The notes under the pieces: model-generated
The model's database searches: none
What the model saw: the letters and a program-made list of their open reading frames with translations, nothing else
Told to the model about the DNA's origin: nothing
Made by a program: the position numbers and the translations under genes
Assembly (NCBI GenBank): GCA_049316985.1
Contig: JBMOJB010000003.1
Location: forward strand, 4,093 to 68,092
Reading direction: 5' to 3'
Source of the DNA: Saprospiraceae bacterium
Lineage (GTDB): Bacteria > Bacteroidota > Bacteroidia > Chitinophagales > Saprospiraceae
DNA length: 64,000 nucleotides
Shown here: positions 9,070 to 17,258 of the stretch, piece after piece
Layout of the letters: each line of letters starts with the position of its first letter
Position numbering within the stretch: position 1 is the first letter of the stretch

Positions 9070-10329
9070 ATGAAAACAAAAATTTGCACTACATTAATCT
9101 TGGAGCTCGTTTCGCTGAGTACTTTCGTCTTTTCGGCCGCACCTCCTGAACTTTGGGGTTTTTTCGCACACAAAAAGATCAATAGATTGGCGGTCTTTAC
9201 GTTGCCTGTTGAAATGGCCGGATTTTACAAGAAACATCTTGATTTTATCGAAGAACATGCGGTTGATCCCGATAAACGCCGCTATTCTTCCAAGTTTGAG
9301 GCTCCTCGGCATTACATCGATTTAGATGCCTATGGCGAAGCACCGTTTTCTGAACTTCCCCGCAACTGGCTGGACGCGTTGATCAAGTATTCTGAGATAT
9401 TCGCAGTGAACCGGCAATCGGATACTTTGTTGCTTTTTGACCCCCATTTGACTATTCAAACCAGAAGCGAAATGCTGTTTACCGGTGGACAAATGAACGA
9501 AATCCTTTGCCGCGATACTTTATTTAGCGACAAGAAACTTTTTAAGGATTTTTTCTACCGAAACATCATCAATCGCCTCTATGAAGAGGATTTGATTGCT
9601 ATCCCAATTGATAGTTTGAAAAATGTATGTACACTTTCTGCTGATATAACATCTGTGATTGCAAAAGAACACCTTACCCAGCATGGAATTGTTCCTTATC
9701 ACCTGAGCCACATGGAAAAGCGGCTTACTGAAGCATTTAGGGATAAAAATTCCAAAAGAATTCTGCAGCTTTCCGCTGAAATCGGTCACTACCTTGGCGA
9801 TGCTCATGTCCCACTACATACGACGAGGAATTACAATGGGCAACTCAGTGGGCAGCGCGGGATACATGCATTTTGGGAAAGTCGCATTCCTGAATTATTG
9901 TCTGAAGATTATGATTACTGGGTCGGGTCGGCAGAGTTCATACCCAATACTTCTGAAACATTTTGGCAAATTGTTTTTGACAGCCATAAATTAGTAGACT
10001 CGCTGCTGCAGATCGAAAAAAAACTTAGTCTTTCCTATCCCTCCGATCAAATATTTTGTCTGGAAGAAAGGCAAGGAACGACCATCAAAACACAATGTGA
10101 ATCGTACGTAAGAGCGTACAGTGCGCGACTTAATGGGCAAGTCGAAGATCGAATGAGGGCCGCCATCCTGTCGATAGGAAGTATCTGGTTCACAGCCTGG
10201 GTCAATGCCGGTCAACCTGATTTAAATCAATTAGATCAGGAAGAAAAAGAGCTGAATTCTCCTTTGGACAAATTGCCGGATGCTGAATCAAAGGCTGCTC
10301 AATCGATGATTGGTCGACCGGAAAACTAA
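9070..10329 (+). CDS. Zinc-dependent phospholipase C / S1-P1 nuclease superfamily protein
   Basis: 419-aa ORF with a signal peptide. It has an early W..HKKIN block and the metal-ligand block EIGHYLGDAHVPLHTT characteristic of that superfamily. Confidence 0.7.
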   Translation: MKTKICTTLILELVSLSTFVFSAAPPELWGFFAHKKINRLAVFTLPVEMAGFYKKHLDFIEEHAVDPDKRRYSSKFEAPRHYIDLDAYGEAPFSELPRNWLDALIKYSEIFAVNRQSDTLLLFDPHLTIQTRSEMLFTGGQMNEILCRDTLFSDKKLFKDFFYRNIINRLYEEDLIAIPIDSLKNVCTLSADITSVIAKEHLTQHGIVPYHLSHMEKRLTEAFRDKNSKRILQLSAEIGHYLGDAHVPLHTTRNYNGQLSGQRGIHAFWESRIPELLSEDYDYWVGSAEFIPNTSETFWQIVFDSHKLVDSLLQIEKKLSLSYPSDQIFCLEERQGTTIKTQCESYVRAYSARLNGQVEDRMRAAILSIGSIWFTAWVNAGQPDLNQLDQEEKELNSPLDKLPDAESKAAQSMIGRPEN

Positions 10330-10545
10330 AATTATCATGTTCAGCGGCCGCTGTAGAATTAAAATTTAGTTAAAATGACTTTTTTTTGCAAGTTGCTATA
10401 CTAGGAGAGCCTTTTAATGTGTTTATATATGATAATCAGTTTGTGCGCAGGTTTTAGTATCTGCTAAAAGTCCGGCCACTTGGTTCATTTAGTAGCATTA
10501 TAATAAATTTTAATGTAAATTGCATATATTTTATAAGATTCATAT

Positions 10546-10570
10546 TATCTTTGCAGGTAATTTATTTTTG
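10546..10570 (+). promoter_or_regulatory. Two tandem -7 boxes (TATCTTTG 10546-10553, TATTTTTG 10563-10570)
   Basis: Exact TAnnTTTG matches 90 and 73 nt upstream of the 10643 start. Confidence 0.4.
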
Positions 10571-10642
10571 CAAATGTTCAAATGAGGAAATTATTCCTCA
10601 GTATTACGGAAAATCGTATTTTAATTAAAAATCACACTATTT

Positions 10643-11605
10643 ATGAGCACTAATCAGGATCAAAAGAGTAACAAAACAGTATGGATTGGTATTTTGGCAG
10701 CGCTATTGCTGGGTTCAAATGCATTTTGGTTATTCAATAACTCCAATAAAAATGAGCAAATCACCACTTTGGATTCTAAAGTTGATGAAGTAGAAGGCGT
10801 TAAAGCAAAATTAGAGAAGGAATATTACGAGTCACTTTCTCAATTGGAAGAAATGAAGAGTTCAAATACCGAACTCAATAAAGTAATTGACTCGCAGAAA
10901 GCTCAACTGTCGCAGCAAAAGTCTAAAATTGATGATTTGATTCGCAATAAAAAAGATCTTGCGGGCGCTCGTGCCCAAATTGATGGAATGAAGACACAGT
11001 TGAACCAATACCTGGCAGAAATTCAGGCACTTAAGCAAGATAATACCAAATTGGCTGCCAAAGTAAAGGAAGTGGAAGAACAAGCTTTGCAACTGGAAAG
11101 TAACGTAAGGACACTGACTGATGACAAAAATAACTTAAATACCCAATTGTCTAACACTGCCAGAGATCTTGAAGATACGAAGGCTCGTGAAGATAATTTA
11201 AAAAAGGTCATTAAAGTAGACAAAGTGGAGTTGGTTGCGATTAATGCCAAAGGCGAGGATGTTAAAAAAGCTAAAAACGCCGATGGGTTTAAAATTAAGT
11301 TTAAAACTTCTAAAAATTCGTTTGCTAAAGGAAAAGAAACTTTTTACGTTCAGGTTATTTCCCCGCAAGGTGTTACAATCAGCAACAAAGCAATGAAAGT
11401 AAAATTAAACAATGATGAAGAAGTGTCTTTTACTTCTTCAACGGATGTAAACTATTCGGGAGCTGAGCAAGAAGTCACTGCTTCTGTTATCTTAGAAGAC
11501 ACTAAGATTGAGCCGCATTCTCAGTACGAAGTACGTGTATACCACAGAGGTGAATATGTAGGGGGGAATAACTCTAAAAAGTTGAAAAAGAATTTATTCA
11601 ATTAA
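10643..11605 (+). CDS. Membrane-anchored coiled-coil protein with a C-terminal beta-rich domain
   Basis: 320-aa ORF. One N-terminal TM helix (VWIGILAALLLGSNAFWLF), then about 170 aa of heptad-like E/K/Q/L-rich sequence, then a beta-rich tail. Confidence 0.7.
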   Translation: MSTNQDQKSNKTVWIGILAALLLGSNAFWLFNNSNKNEQITTLDSKVDEVEGVKAKLEKEYYESLSQLEEMKSSNTELNKVIDSQKAQLSQQKSKIDDLIRNKKDLAGARAQIDGMKTQLNQYLAEIQALKQDNTKLAAKVKEVEEQALQLESNVRTLTDDKNNLNTQLSNTARDLEDTKAREDNLKKVIKVDKVELVAINAKGEDVKKAKNADGFKIKFKTSKNSFAKGKETFYVQVISPQGVTISNKAMKVKLNNDEEVSFTSSTDVNYSGAEQEVTASVILEDTKIEPHSQYEVRVYHRGEYVGGNNSKKLKKNLFN

Positions 11606-11626
11606 TCAAAGTTTATATTTCATACA

Positions 11627-11663
11627 AAAAGGCTGTCTCTATTTTGAGCAGCCTTTTTTTGTT
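11627..11663 (+). terminator. Intrinsic terminator
   Basis: Stem aaaaggctg / cagcctttt followed by a T-run, directly after the stop at 11605. Confidence 0.6.
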
Positions 11664-11744
11664 CATATTAGTATCGCGATCTGAATAATGTTAAAGTGAC
11701 AAGGATATTTTGCAAACCTTATTGGATTCCCGGTGTTATTCCTT

Positions 11745-11752
11745 TAATTTTG
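11745..11752 (+). promoter_or_regulatory. -7 box TAATTTTG
   Basis: Exact TAnnTTTG ending 2 nt before ATG 11754 and 8 nt before ATG 11760. This implies a very short or absent leader. Confidence 0.4.
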
Positions 11753-11753
11753 C

Positions 11754-12260
11754 ATGTGTATGGAAATAAATAATCCGATTGATCCTAAAAAAGTAGCCCA
11801 AAATCCCGGTTTGCTACCTTATGCCCACAATGCTGCCAGTGCAATCGTACAGCCTATCGACAAAGGAAGGGCCAAAGGAATTGCAGTACGAGCGATGTAC
11901 GAGCAGTCTAATGCTGATCTAGATCAGATTCGGAAACAAGTAGAATTGTTGGCGATGCAAGCTAAAATGATTCACGATCGGGTTGCAATTTCTGAAAAAA
12001 TTTACCGGGCAGACATGAATTTCAAACCGGTAATGGGGAATGTCTATCACCTATATTTGAAAAAAGATAGTACACATGTGCTATCAATGATCGCGCCGGA
12101 AGAGTGGGGAGCTAGAAAGCCATACACGTGGGTCGCCACATGCAGATTATTGGCAGACCATACCTGGGAGGTGTATAGCTGTGATTCTGAAATCTTGTAC
12201 AGCAATCTGAACGGCGAAGCCAGTATTTCTCCGGAAGATTTTTTAAATGTTAATAGCTAA
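11754..12260 (+). CDS. Conserved hypothetical cytoplasmic protein (possibly DUF2452-like, from memory only)
   Basis: 168-aa ORF with no signal peptide. The start may be the ATG at 11760. Confidence 0.6.
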   Translation: MCMEINNPIDPKKVAQNPGLLPYAHNAASAIVQPIDKGRAKGIAVRAMYEQSNADLDQIRKQVELLAMQAKMIHDRVAISEKIYRADMNFKPVMGNVYHLYLKKDSTHVLSMIAPEEWGARKPYTWVATCRLLADHTWEVYSCDSEILYSNLNGEASISPEDFLNVNS

Positions 12261-12272
12261 ACTAGTTTCAAT

Positions 12273-13031
12273 ATGAGATTATCCATCCAGTATTATTTGA
12301 TTCCGCTATTTTGCATTGCTTTTTTTATGAATCAGGGATTTTCGCAAAACCCTGCAGCGATTGATTTTAATATAAAAGAAAGTGATTCTGAGGCAATAGC
12401 TATAGCAGACGAAGTAATGGAAGCAATGGGAGGACGAATGAACTGGGATAAGACGCGTTACTTGTCGTGGAAGTTTTTTTCATTCAGAAAACTAATCTGG
12501 GATCGATATACGGGAGATGTGCGTATTCATGATCTCAAGAGCGATACAAAAATCCTGATGAATGTCAATACCGGAAAGGGAAAGGTAAGTCGCAAAGGTG
12601 AAATTTTAAGTGATACATCAGCCGAATGCTTAAAAGCACTTGAGCGAGGAAAAAAAATATTGGTGAATGACGCCTATTGGCTCATTATGCCAATGAAATT
12701 AAAAGATTCAGGCGTAACATTAAAATATCTTGGGAAAGGGAATGCGCTCGATGGGAGTTCTGCCGATATTCTGCAGCTAACTTTCAATCAAGTCGGTTAT
12801 ACACCCGATAACAAGTATTGGGTCTATGTAGATTCTCAAACCAGATTGGTCTCACAATGGTCCTTTTTCAAATCTGCAAAAGATGAAAAACCAGAGTTCA
12901 GTAATCCGTGGACAGACTACAAAAAGCATGGCAATGTGCTACTTTCAAGTGGCCGGGGTAGAGCAGAAGGAGGAATGGAGGAGATTGTGGTTCACAAAAA
13001 AATAGATCAGAAGATTTTTACTCAATTTTAA
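12273..13031 (+). CDS. Secreted hypothetical protein
   Basis: 252-aa ORF with a signal peptide (LIPLFCIAFFMNQGFSQ). It lies 12 nt after the previous gene and 3 nt before the next. Confidence 0.65.
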   Translation: MRLSIQYYLIPLFCIAFFMNQGFSQNPAAIDFNIKESDSEAIAIADEVMEAMGGRMNWDKTRYLSWKFFSFRKLIWDRYTGDVRIHDLKSDTKILMNVNTGKGKVSRKGEILSDTSAECLKALERGKKILVNDAYWLIMPMKLKDSGVTLKYLGKGNALDGSSADILQLTFNQVGYTPDNKYWVYVDSQTRLVSQWSFFKSAKDEKPEFSNPWTDYKKHGNVLLSSGRGRAEGGMEEIVVHKKIDQKIFTQF

Positions 13032-13034
13032 GAT

Positions 13035-13472
13035 ATGTATACTGTAATCCCAATTGAATTTGGTACTCCTGAATATGATGAGGCTGTATCAATAAGATAT
13101 GAGGTCCTTAGAAAGCCGTTGGGTCTCGATTTCTCTGTTGCTCAGTTGGAGAAAGAATGGTCTGACATTCACCTTGTCTGTTATTCCCAACATTCGGAAA
13201 TGCTGGGTTGTTTGATTCTGTCTAAATTCGAGGATGACACTTTGAAGATGCGGCAAGTAGCAGTAAAAGAAAAAAGACAGGGAGCCGGTATCGGAAAAGC
13301 GCTAGTTGATGCTGCAGAAACTTACGCCAGACTCAATGGGAACAAAACTATTTTATTGAATGCCAGAGCCAATGCTATACCATTTTACGAGCGTCTGGGA
13401 TACGAAATTATCAGTGATACTTTCACTGAGGTCGGAATCGAGCATAAAAAAATGAAAAAAACTTTGTTTTGA
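13035..13472 (+). CDS. GNAT family N-acetyltransferase
   Basis: 145-aa ORF. Acetyl-CoA motif A is present: VAVKEKRQGAGIGKALV (Q/RxxGxG/A). Confidence 0.8.
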   Translation: MYTVIPIEFGTPEYDEAVSIRYEVLRKPLGLDFSVAQLEKEWSDIHLVCYSQHSEMLGCLILSKFEDDTLKMRQVAVKEKRQGAGIGKALVDAAETYARLNGNKTILLNARANAIPFYERLGYEIISDTFTEVGIEHKKMKKTLF

Positions 13473-13533
13473 TTTATCTGCTTGAATATCAGTCAATATA
13501 GCAACTTATTTTAATGTATTTCGTTATACACCC

Positions 13534-13564
13534 TTGACAAGTGCGGTTTTTTGTCGTACTTTTG
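13534..13564 (+). promoter_or_regulatory. Candidate rpoD promoter (TTG at 13534, TACTTTTG at 13557-13564)
   Basis: Exact TAnnTTTG with a TTG 23 nt upstream. The tRNA-operon promoter has the same spacing. Confidence 0.4.
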
Positions 13565-13772
13565 CAGGATAATTTAAGCCAAACTAAGTCAAATACGTTG
13601 ATTTTTAGTCCGCGAAAAAGAGAAAACAATTCGACCCAAAATCTAAACATATTTCCTTAAATGATCCAATTGCTATTTTTTGTATTTTCTTGTACTTAAA
13701 ATAGTGATAATTCTTTTGTATATTCTGAATTTTCAATATTAATTACTGCGTTAAAAATTTGTATAACATTAC

Positions 13773-14642
13773 ATGAGACAGCTCAAAATTACAAAATCCA
13801 TTACAAACCGCGAGAGTCAATCTCTTGAAAAATACCTTCAAGAAATCGGAAAAGTGGATTTGTTAACTCCGGAAGAGGAGGTCGATCTTGCAAAACGAAT
13901 TAAACAAGGGGATCAAATAGCGCTAGAGAAATTAACTAAAGCAAATCTCAGGTTTGTGGTATCAGTAGCGAAACAATATCAAAATCAAGGTCTTTCTTTA
14001 AGTGACCTCATCAACGAGGGTAATTTAGGCTTAATTAAAGCTGCACAAAGATTTGATGAAACGAGAGGATTTAAATTTATCTCTTATGCCGTTTGGTGGA
14101 TTCGCCAGTCTATTCTGCAAGCATTGGCAGAACAATCCCGAATTGTCCGCCTTCCGCTAAATAAAGTCGGTTCATTAAACAAAATCAACAAAGCATTCTC
14201 TGAATTAGAGCAGGAATTCGAACGAGAGCCTTCTGCAGAAGAATTGGCAGATCTACTCGAAATACCAACGGAAGAAGTTGAAACTACGCTTGGAGTGGCA
14301 GCGCGTCACGTATCAATGGATGCACCTTTTATTGATGGTGAGGACAATTCCCTTTTGGATGTATTAGAAGATTTCGCGGGAGATAAAACCGATTCCGCTT
14401 TGGAATACAGGGAGTCTCTCCGTCGGGAAATTGATCGTTCTTTGTCTACACTTACTGATAGGCAAGCTGATGTTATTAAATTGTATTTCGGAATCGGAGT
14501 TGAACATCCCATGAGTCTGGAAGACATTGGCGACAGATTTGGACTTACACGGGAACGAGTTCGTCAGATTAAAGATAAAGCAATCAATAAATTACGTACC
14601 GCTTCAAAAAGCAAATTATTGAAAAATTACCTGGGAGCATAA
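13773..14642 (+). CDS. rpoD: Primary RNA polymerase sigma factor (short Bacteroidota sigma-70/SigA type)
   Basis: 289-aa ORF. Regions 2-4 are recognisable: [48 protein letters not shown], and the region 4.2 [26 protein letters not shown]. Confidence 0.95.
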   Translation: MRQLKITKSITNRESQSLEKYLQEIGKVDLLTPEEEVDLAKRIKQGDQIALEKLTKANLRFVVSVAKQYQNQGLSLSDLINEGNLGLIKAAQRFDETRGFKFISYAVWWIRQSILQALAEQSRIVRLPLNKVGSLNKINKAFSELEQEFEREPSAEELADLLEIPTEEVETTLGVAARHVSMDAPFIDGEDNSLLDVLEDFAGDKTDSALEYRESLRREIDRSLSTLTDRQADVIKLYFGIGVEHPMSLEDIGDRFGLTRERVRQIKDKAINKLRTASKSKLLKNYLGA

Positions 14643-14650
14643 ATCCCGGC

Positions 14651-14694
14651 AAGGCTATTCAGAACGCAACAGTTTTGAATAGCCTTTTTCTTTT
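14651..14694 (+). terminator. Intrinsic terminator of rpoD
   Basis: Stem aaggctattca (14651-14661) / tgaatagcctt (14677-14687) followed by a T-run. Confidence 0.6.
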
Positions 14695-14746
14695 AATAAC
14701 CTACCGCATTTTTATAATATTCCTGAAATTATATTTAAAATAAGCC

Positions 14747-14754
14747 TACCTTTG
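14747..14754 (+). promoter_or_regulatory. -7 box TACCTTTG
   Basis: Exact TAnnTTTG 80 nt upstream of the 14834 start. Confidence 0.4.
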
Positions 14755-14833
14755 CGCGCTGCTTTCAAACAGTATAATAGTAAGCGGAAAAACAATTTTT
14801 TTGTAATTTGAATATCTATAAAACTAAGAGTCG

Positions 14834-16231
14834 ATGAATAACTCTTACTTTGATCTAGTTGATCAAACATTTGATTTTCCTCAGGAAGGATTTGCTTTTG
14901 ATAATGACGGTTTGACCTTCAATGAGATTCTTTTAAAGGAATTGATTGAAAAATATGGCACGCCACTAAAGGTGACATATATTCCTAAGATTTCACAGCA
15001 AATCCAAAAAGCGCACGATTGGTTTTCAAGTGCTTTTAAAAAGCACAATTACCAGGGAAAATACTACTATTCCTATTGCACTAAAAGTTCACATTTTAAA
15101 TTTGTGCTTGACGAAGTGCTCGAGAATGTTACTCAACTTGAAACTTCATCATCGTTTGATATTGATTTAATCTGGAAATTACATCTTACCGGAAAAATAA
15201 ACAATAAGGCGCTTATCATCAACAATGGTTTCAAGACCGATAGTTATGCAGAGAAAATAGCCAACCTGATCGACGCAGGATTTATCAATGTTATCCCTGT
15301 ATTAGACAATAAGCGCGAGCTGGAATTGTATGAAAAATACGTTAAGAAAGATTGCATCAATATTGGCTTGCGAATGGCTACCGAGGAGGAGCCAACTTTT
15401 GAGTTTTACACATCCAGGCTTGGCATTCGTCAATCTTCGATTTTTGAATTTTACGAACAAAGAATTGCCCCAAATCCGAAGTTTAAGCTGAAAATGCTCC
15501 ACTTTTTTGTGGATACCGGCATTAAGGATTCTCTTTACTATTGGTCAGAACTGAAGAAGGGAATAAAAACTTATTGCAACCTTAAAAAAATATGTCCTGA
15601 ACTGGCTTCTATCAATATTGGAGGCGGCATGCCTATACGCAATTCACTGAGCTTTGAGTATGATTACCAATACATGGTTGATGAAATAGTGCGATTGATT
15701 AAAGATGCCTGCGTTTCTGAAAATGTGCCCGAACCCAATATATTTACGGAATTTGGCAAGTTTACGGTGGGAGAGAGCGGGGCTACTATCTTCAAAGTCA
15801 TTGGACAAAAAAGACAAAATGATTCTGAAAGATGGTACATGGTGGATAATTCGTTGATGACTACTTTGCCGGATACCTGGGGAATAAGCGAAAGGTTTAT
15901 TTTACTGCCAATTAACCATTGGGATAAAGAATATCATCGGGTGAATGTAGGTGGCATCAGTTGTGACAATTCAGATTACTACAATGCGGAGGCTCATATC
16001 AATCAAGTTTTTTTACCCAAAATGGAAGATGGAGATGACCCTTTGTACCTTGGCTTTTTCCATACAGGCGCTTATCAGGATTCTCTAAGTGGTTACGGTG
16101 GAATAAAGCACTGCCTGATTCCTGCACCCAAGCATATTTTGGTTGATAGAAATGTTAGAGGCGAATTTGTTGACTGGGTAGCTAATCCCGAGCAAACCGC
16201 TGAATCAATGTTGAAGATATTGGGGTATTGA
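14834..16231 (+). CDS. speA: PLP-dependent (fold type III) arginine decarboxylase-like enzyme
   Basis: 465-aa ORF. It has the Orn/DAP/Arg decarboxylase pattern: YCTKS lysine region, INIGGGMPI glycine loop, GGISCDNSDYY, and GAYQDSLSGYGG near the C-terminus. Confidence 0.75.
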   Translation: MNNSYFDLVDQTFDFPQEGFAFDNDGLTFNEILLKELIEKYGTPLKVTYIPKISQQIQKAHDWFSSAFKKHNYQGKYYYSYCTKSSHFKFVLDEVLENVTQLETSSSFDIDLIWKLHLTGKINNKALIINNGFKTDSYAEKIANLIDAGFINVIPVLDNKRELELYEKYVKKDCINIGLRMATEEEPTFEFYTSRLGIRQSSIFEFYEQRIAPNPKFKLKMLHFFVDTGIKDSLYYWSELKKGIKTYCNLKKICPELASINIGGGMPIRNSLSFEYDYQYMVDEIVRLIKDACVSENVPEPNIFTEFGKFTVGESGATIFKVIGQKRQNDSERWYMVDNSLMTTLPDTWGISERFILLPINHWDKEYHRVNVGGISCDNSDYYNAEAHINQVFLPKMEDGDDPLYLGFFHTGAYQDSLSGYGGIKHCLIPAPKHILVDRNVRGEFVDWVANPEQTAESMLKILGY

Positions 16232-16237
16232 TCGAAT

Positions 16238-16813
16238 TTACTGCATTTTTTGTATCAAATTATCAATGACCGGGGCATAATTCCTATGCTCCAGCAGCAA
16301 TACTTTTTGTGCAATAGTCTCCGGCGTATCTGCAGCATTGATGTCACATTTGTCCTGAAAGATAATTTCACCTTCATCGAACTTCTCATTTACATAATGG
16401 ATGGTCATCCCGCTTTCTTTTTCCTGGGCAGCATGCACCGCTTCATGGACATGATGTCCAAACATTCCTTTTCCGCCATATTTTGGCAATAGGGATGGGT
16501 GGATGTTAACAATCTTGTTCGGAAAGGCTTTAATTAGAGCGGAAGGAATCAGCCATAAAAAACCGGCAAGTACTATTAGGTCGACATTCGCTTTCTTCAA
16601 GAGTTGCGGAAGTAAATCACTTTCGTAAAAAGTAGTACGATCAATAATCATGGTTTGCACTCCAAAATCCTTTGCTTTTTCGTACGCACCCATTTCTTTT
16701 TTATTACCTACTAATAAGACAACCTTTGCTTTTTCGGAATCCTTAAAGTACTCCATTAACTTTTGTGCATTGGATCCACCTCCCGATGCAAATACTGCGA
16801 TATTTCTTAGCAT
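16238..16813 (-). CDS. purN: Phosphoribosylglycinamide formyltransferase
   Basis: 191-aa ORF containing VFASGGGSNAQ, LIVLAGFLWLIP, and the NIHPSLLPKYGGKGMFGHHVH catalytic block. Confidence 0.9.
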   Translation of the reverse strand: MLRNIAVFASGGGSNAQKLMEYFKDSEKAKVVLLVGNKKEMGAYEKAKDFGVQTMIIDRTTFYESDLLPQLLKKANVDLIVLAGFLWLIPSALIKAFPNKIVNIHPSLLPKYGGKGMFGHHVHEAVHAAQEKESGMTIHYVNEKFDEGEIIFQDKCDINAADTPETIAQKVLLLEHRNYAPVIDNLIQKMQ

Positions 16814-16848
16814 ACAAGTATTATAATTCCATATTTAGTTTCTCATCG

Positions 16849-16856
16849 CAAAGGTA
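16849..16856 (-). promoter_or_regulatory. -7 box TACCTTTG for purN
   Basis: Exact TAnnTTTG on the minus strand, 36 nt upstream of 16813. Confidence 0.45.
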
Positions 16857-17030
16857 ACGCAATATTTTAAGCTTGAAGTTCATGAGTAAAATAATTATTA
16901 GATATTTCTTATATATTTGATATTCAATTCATTATGCAAATTGTAGTTTATTTATTTGCTATGTGGCAAAATATTAGGCAGCGATAAGCAAAATTTAAGC
17001 GTTATTATTTTTGTATTGTTAATTAATTAT

Positions 17031-17038
17031 TAATTTTG
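17031..17038 (+). promoter_or_regulatory. -7 box TAATTTTG upstream of susC-like gene
   Basis: Exact TAnnTTTG 221 nt upstream of 17259. It overlaps one arm of a 13-bp inverted repeat. Confidence 0.35.
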
Positions 17039-17258
17039 CCACATATATTGCTCGTAAAAATGGTATGTTGGGCTATATATTTCGTAGTATCAATTTTGAA
17101 GTTTACAATTATCTAAATTAAATTTATATTATAGTGGACAGTTCTATTCAGATTGATTTCAGCATTTCTCCCCTAAATCGCGTCATAGAGATTAATTTAT
17201 CTATTTTATTTACGTATATATTTTATTTAACCATTTTCATAACAAAATTCGGATTAGT

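Noticed and set aside
10338-10349. 12-bp palindrome cagcggccgctg (contains a NotI site) just after the 9070..10329 gene
   Set aside because: It is too short, has no loop and no T-run to act as a terminator, and it occurs only once. It is probably a chance palindrome.
16814-17258. Cobalamin or other riboswitch ahead of the TonB-dependent SusC-like gene
   Set aside because: The spacer is very AT-rich. I could not find a B12-box-like GC-rich core or any multi-stem junction, and SusC-type transporters are not usually riboswitch-controlled.
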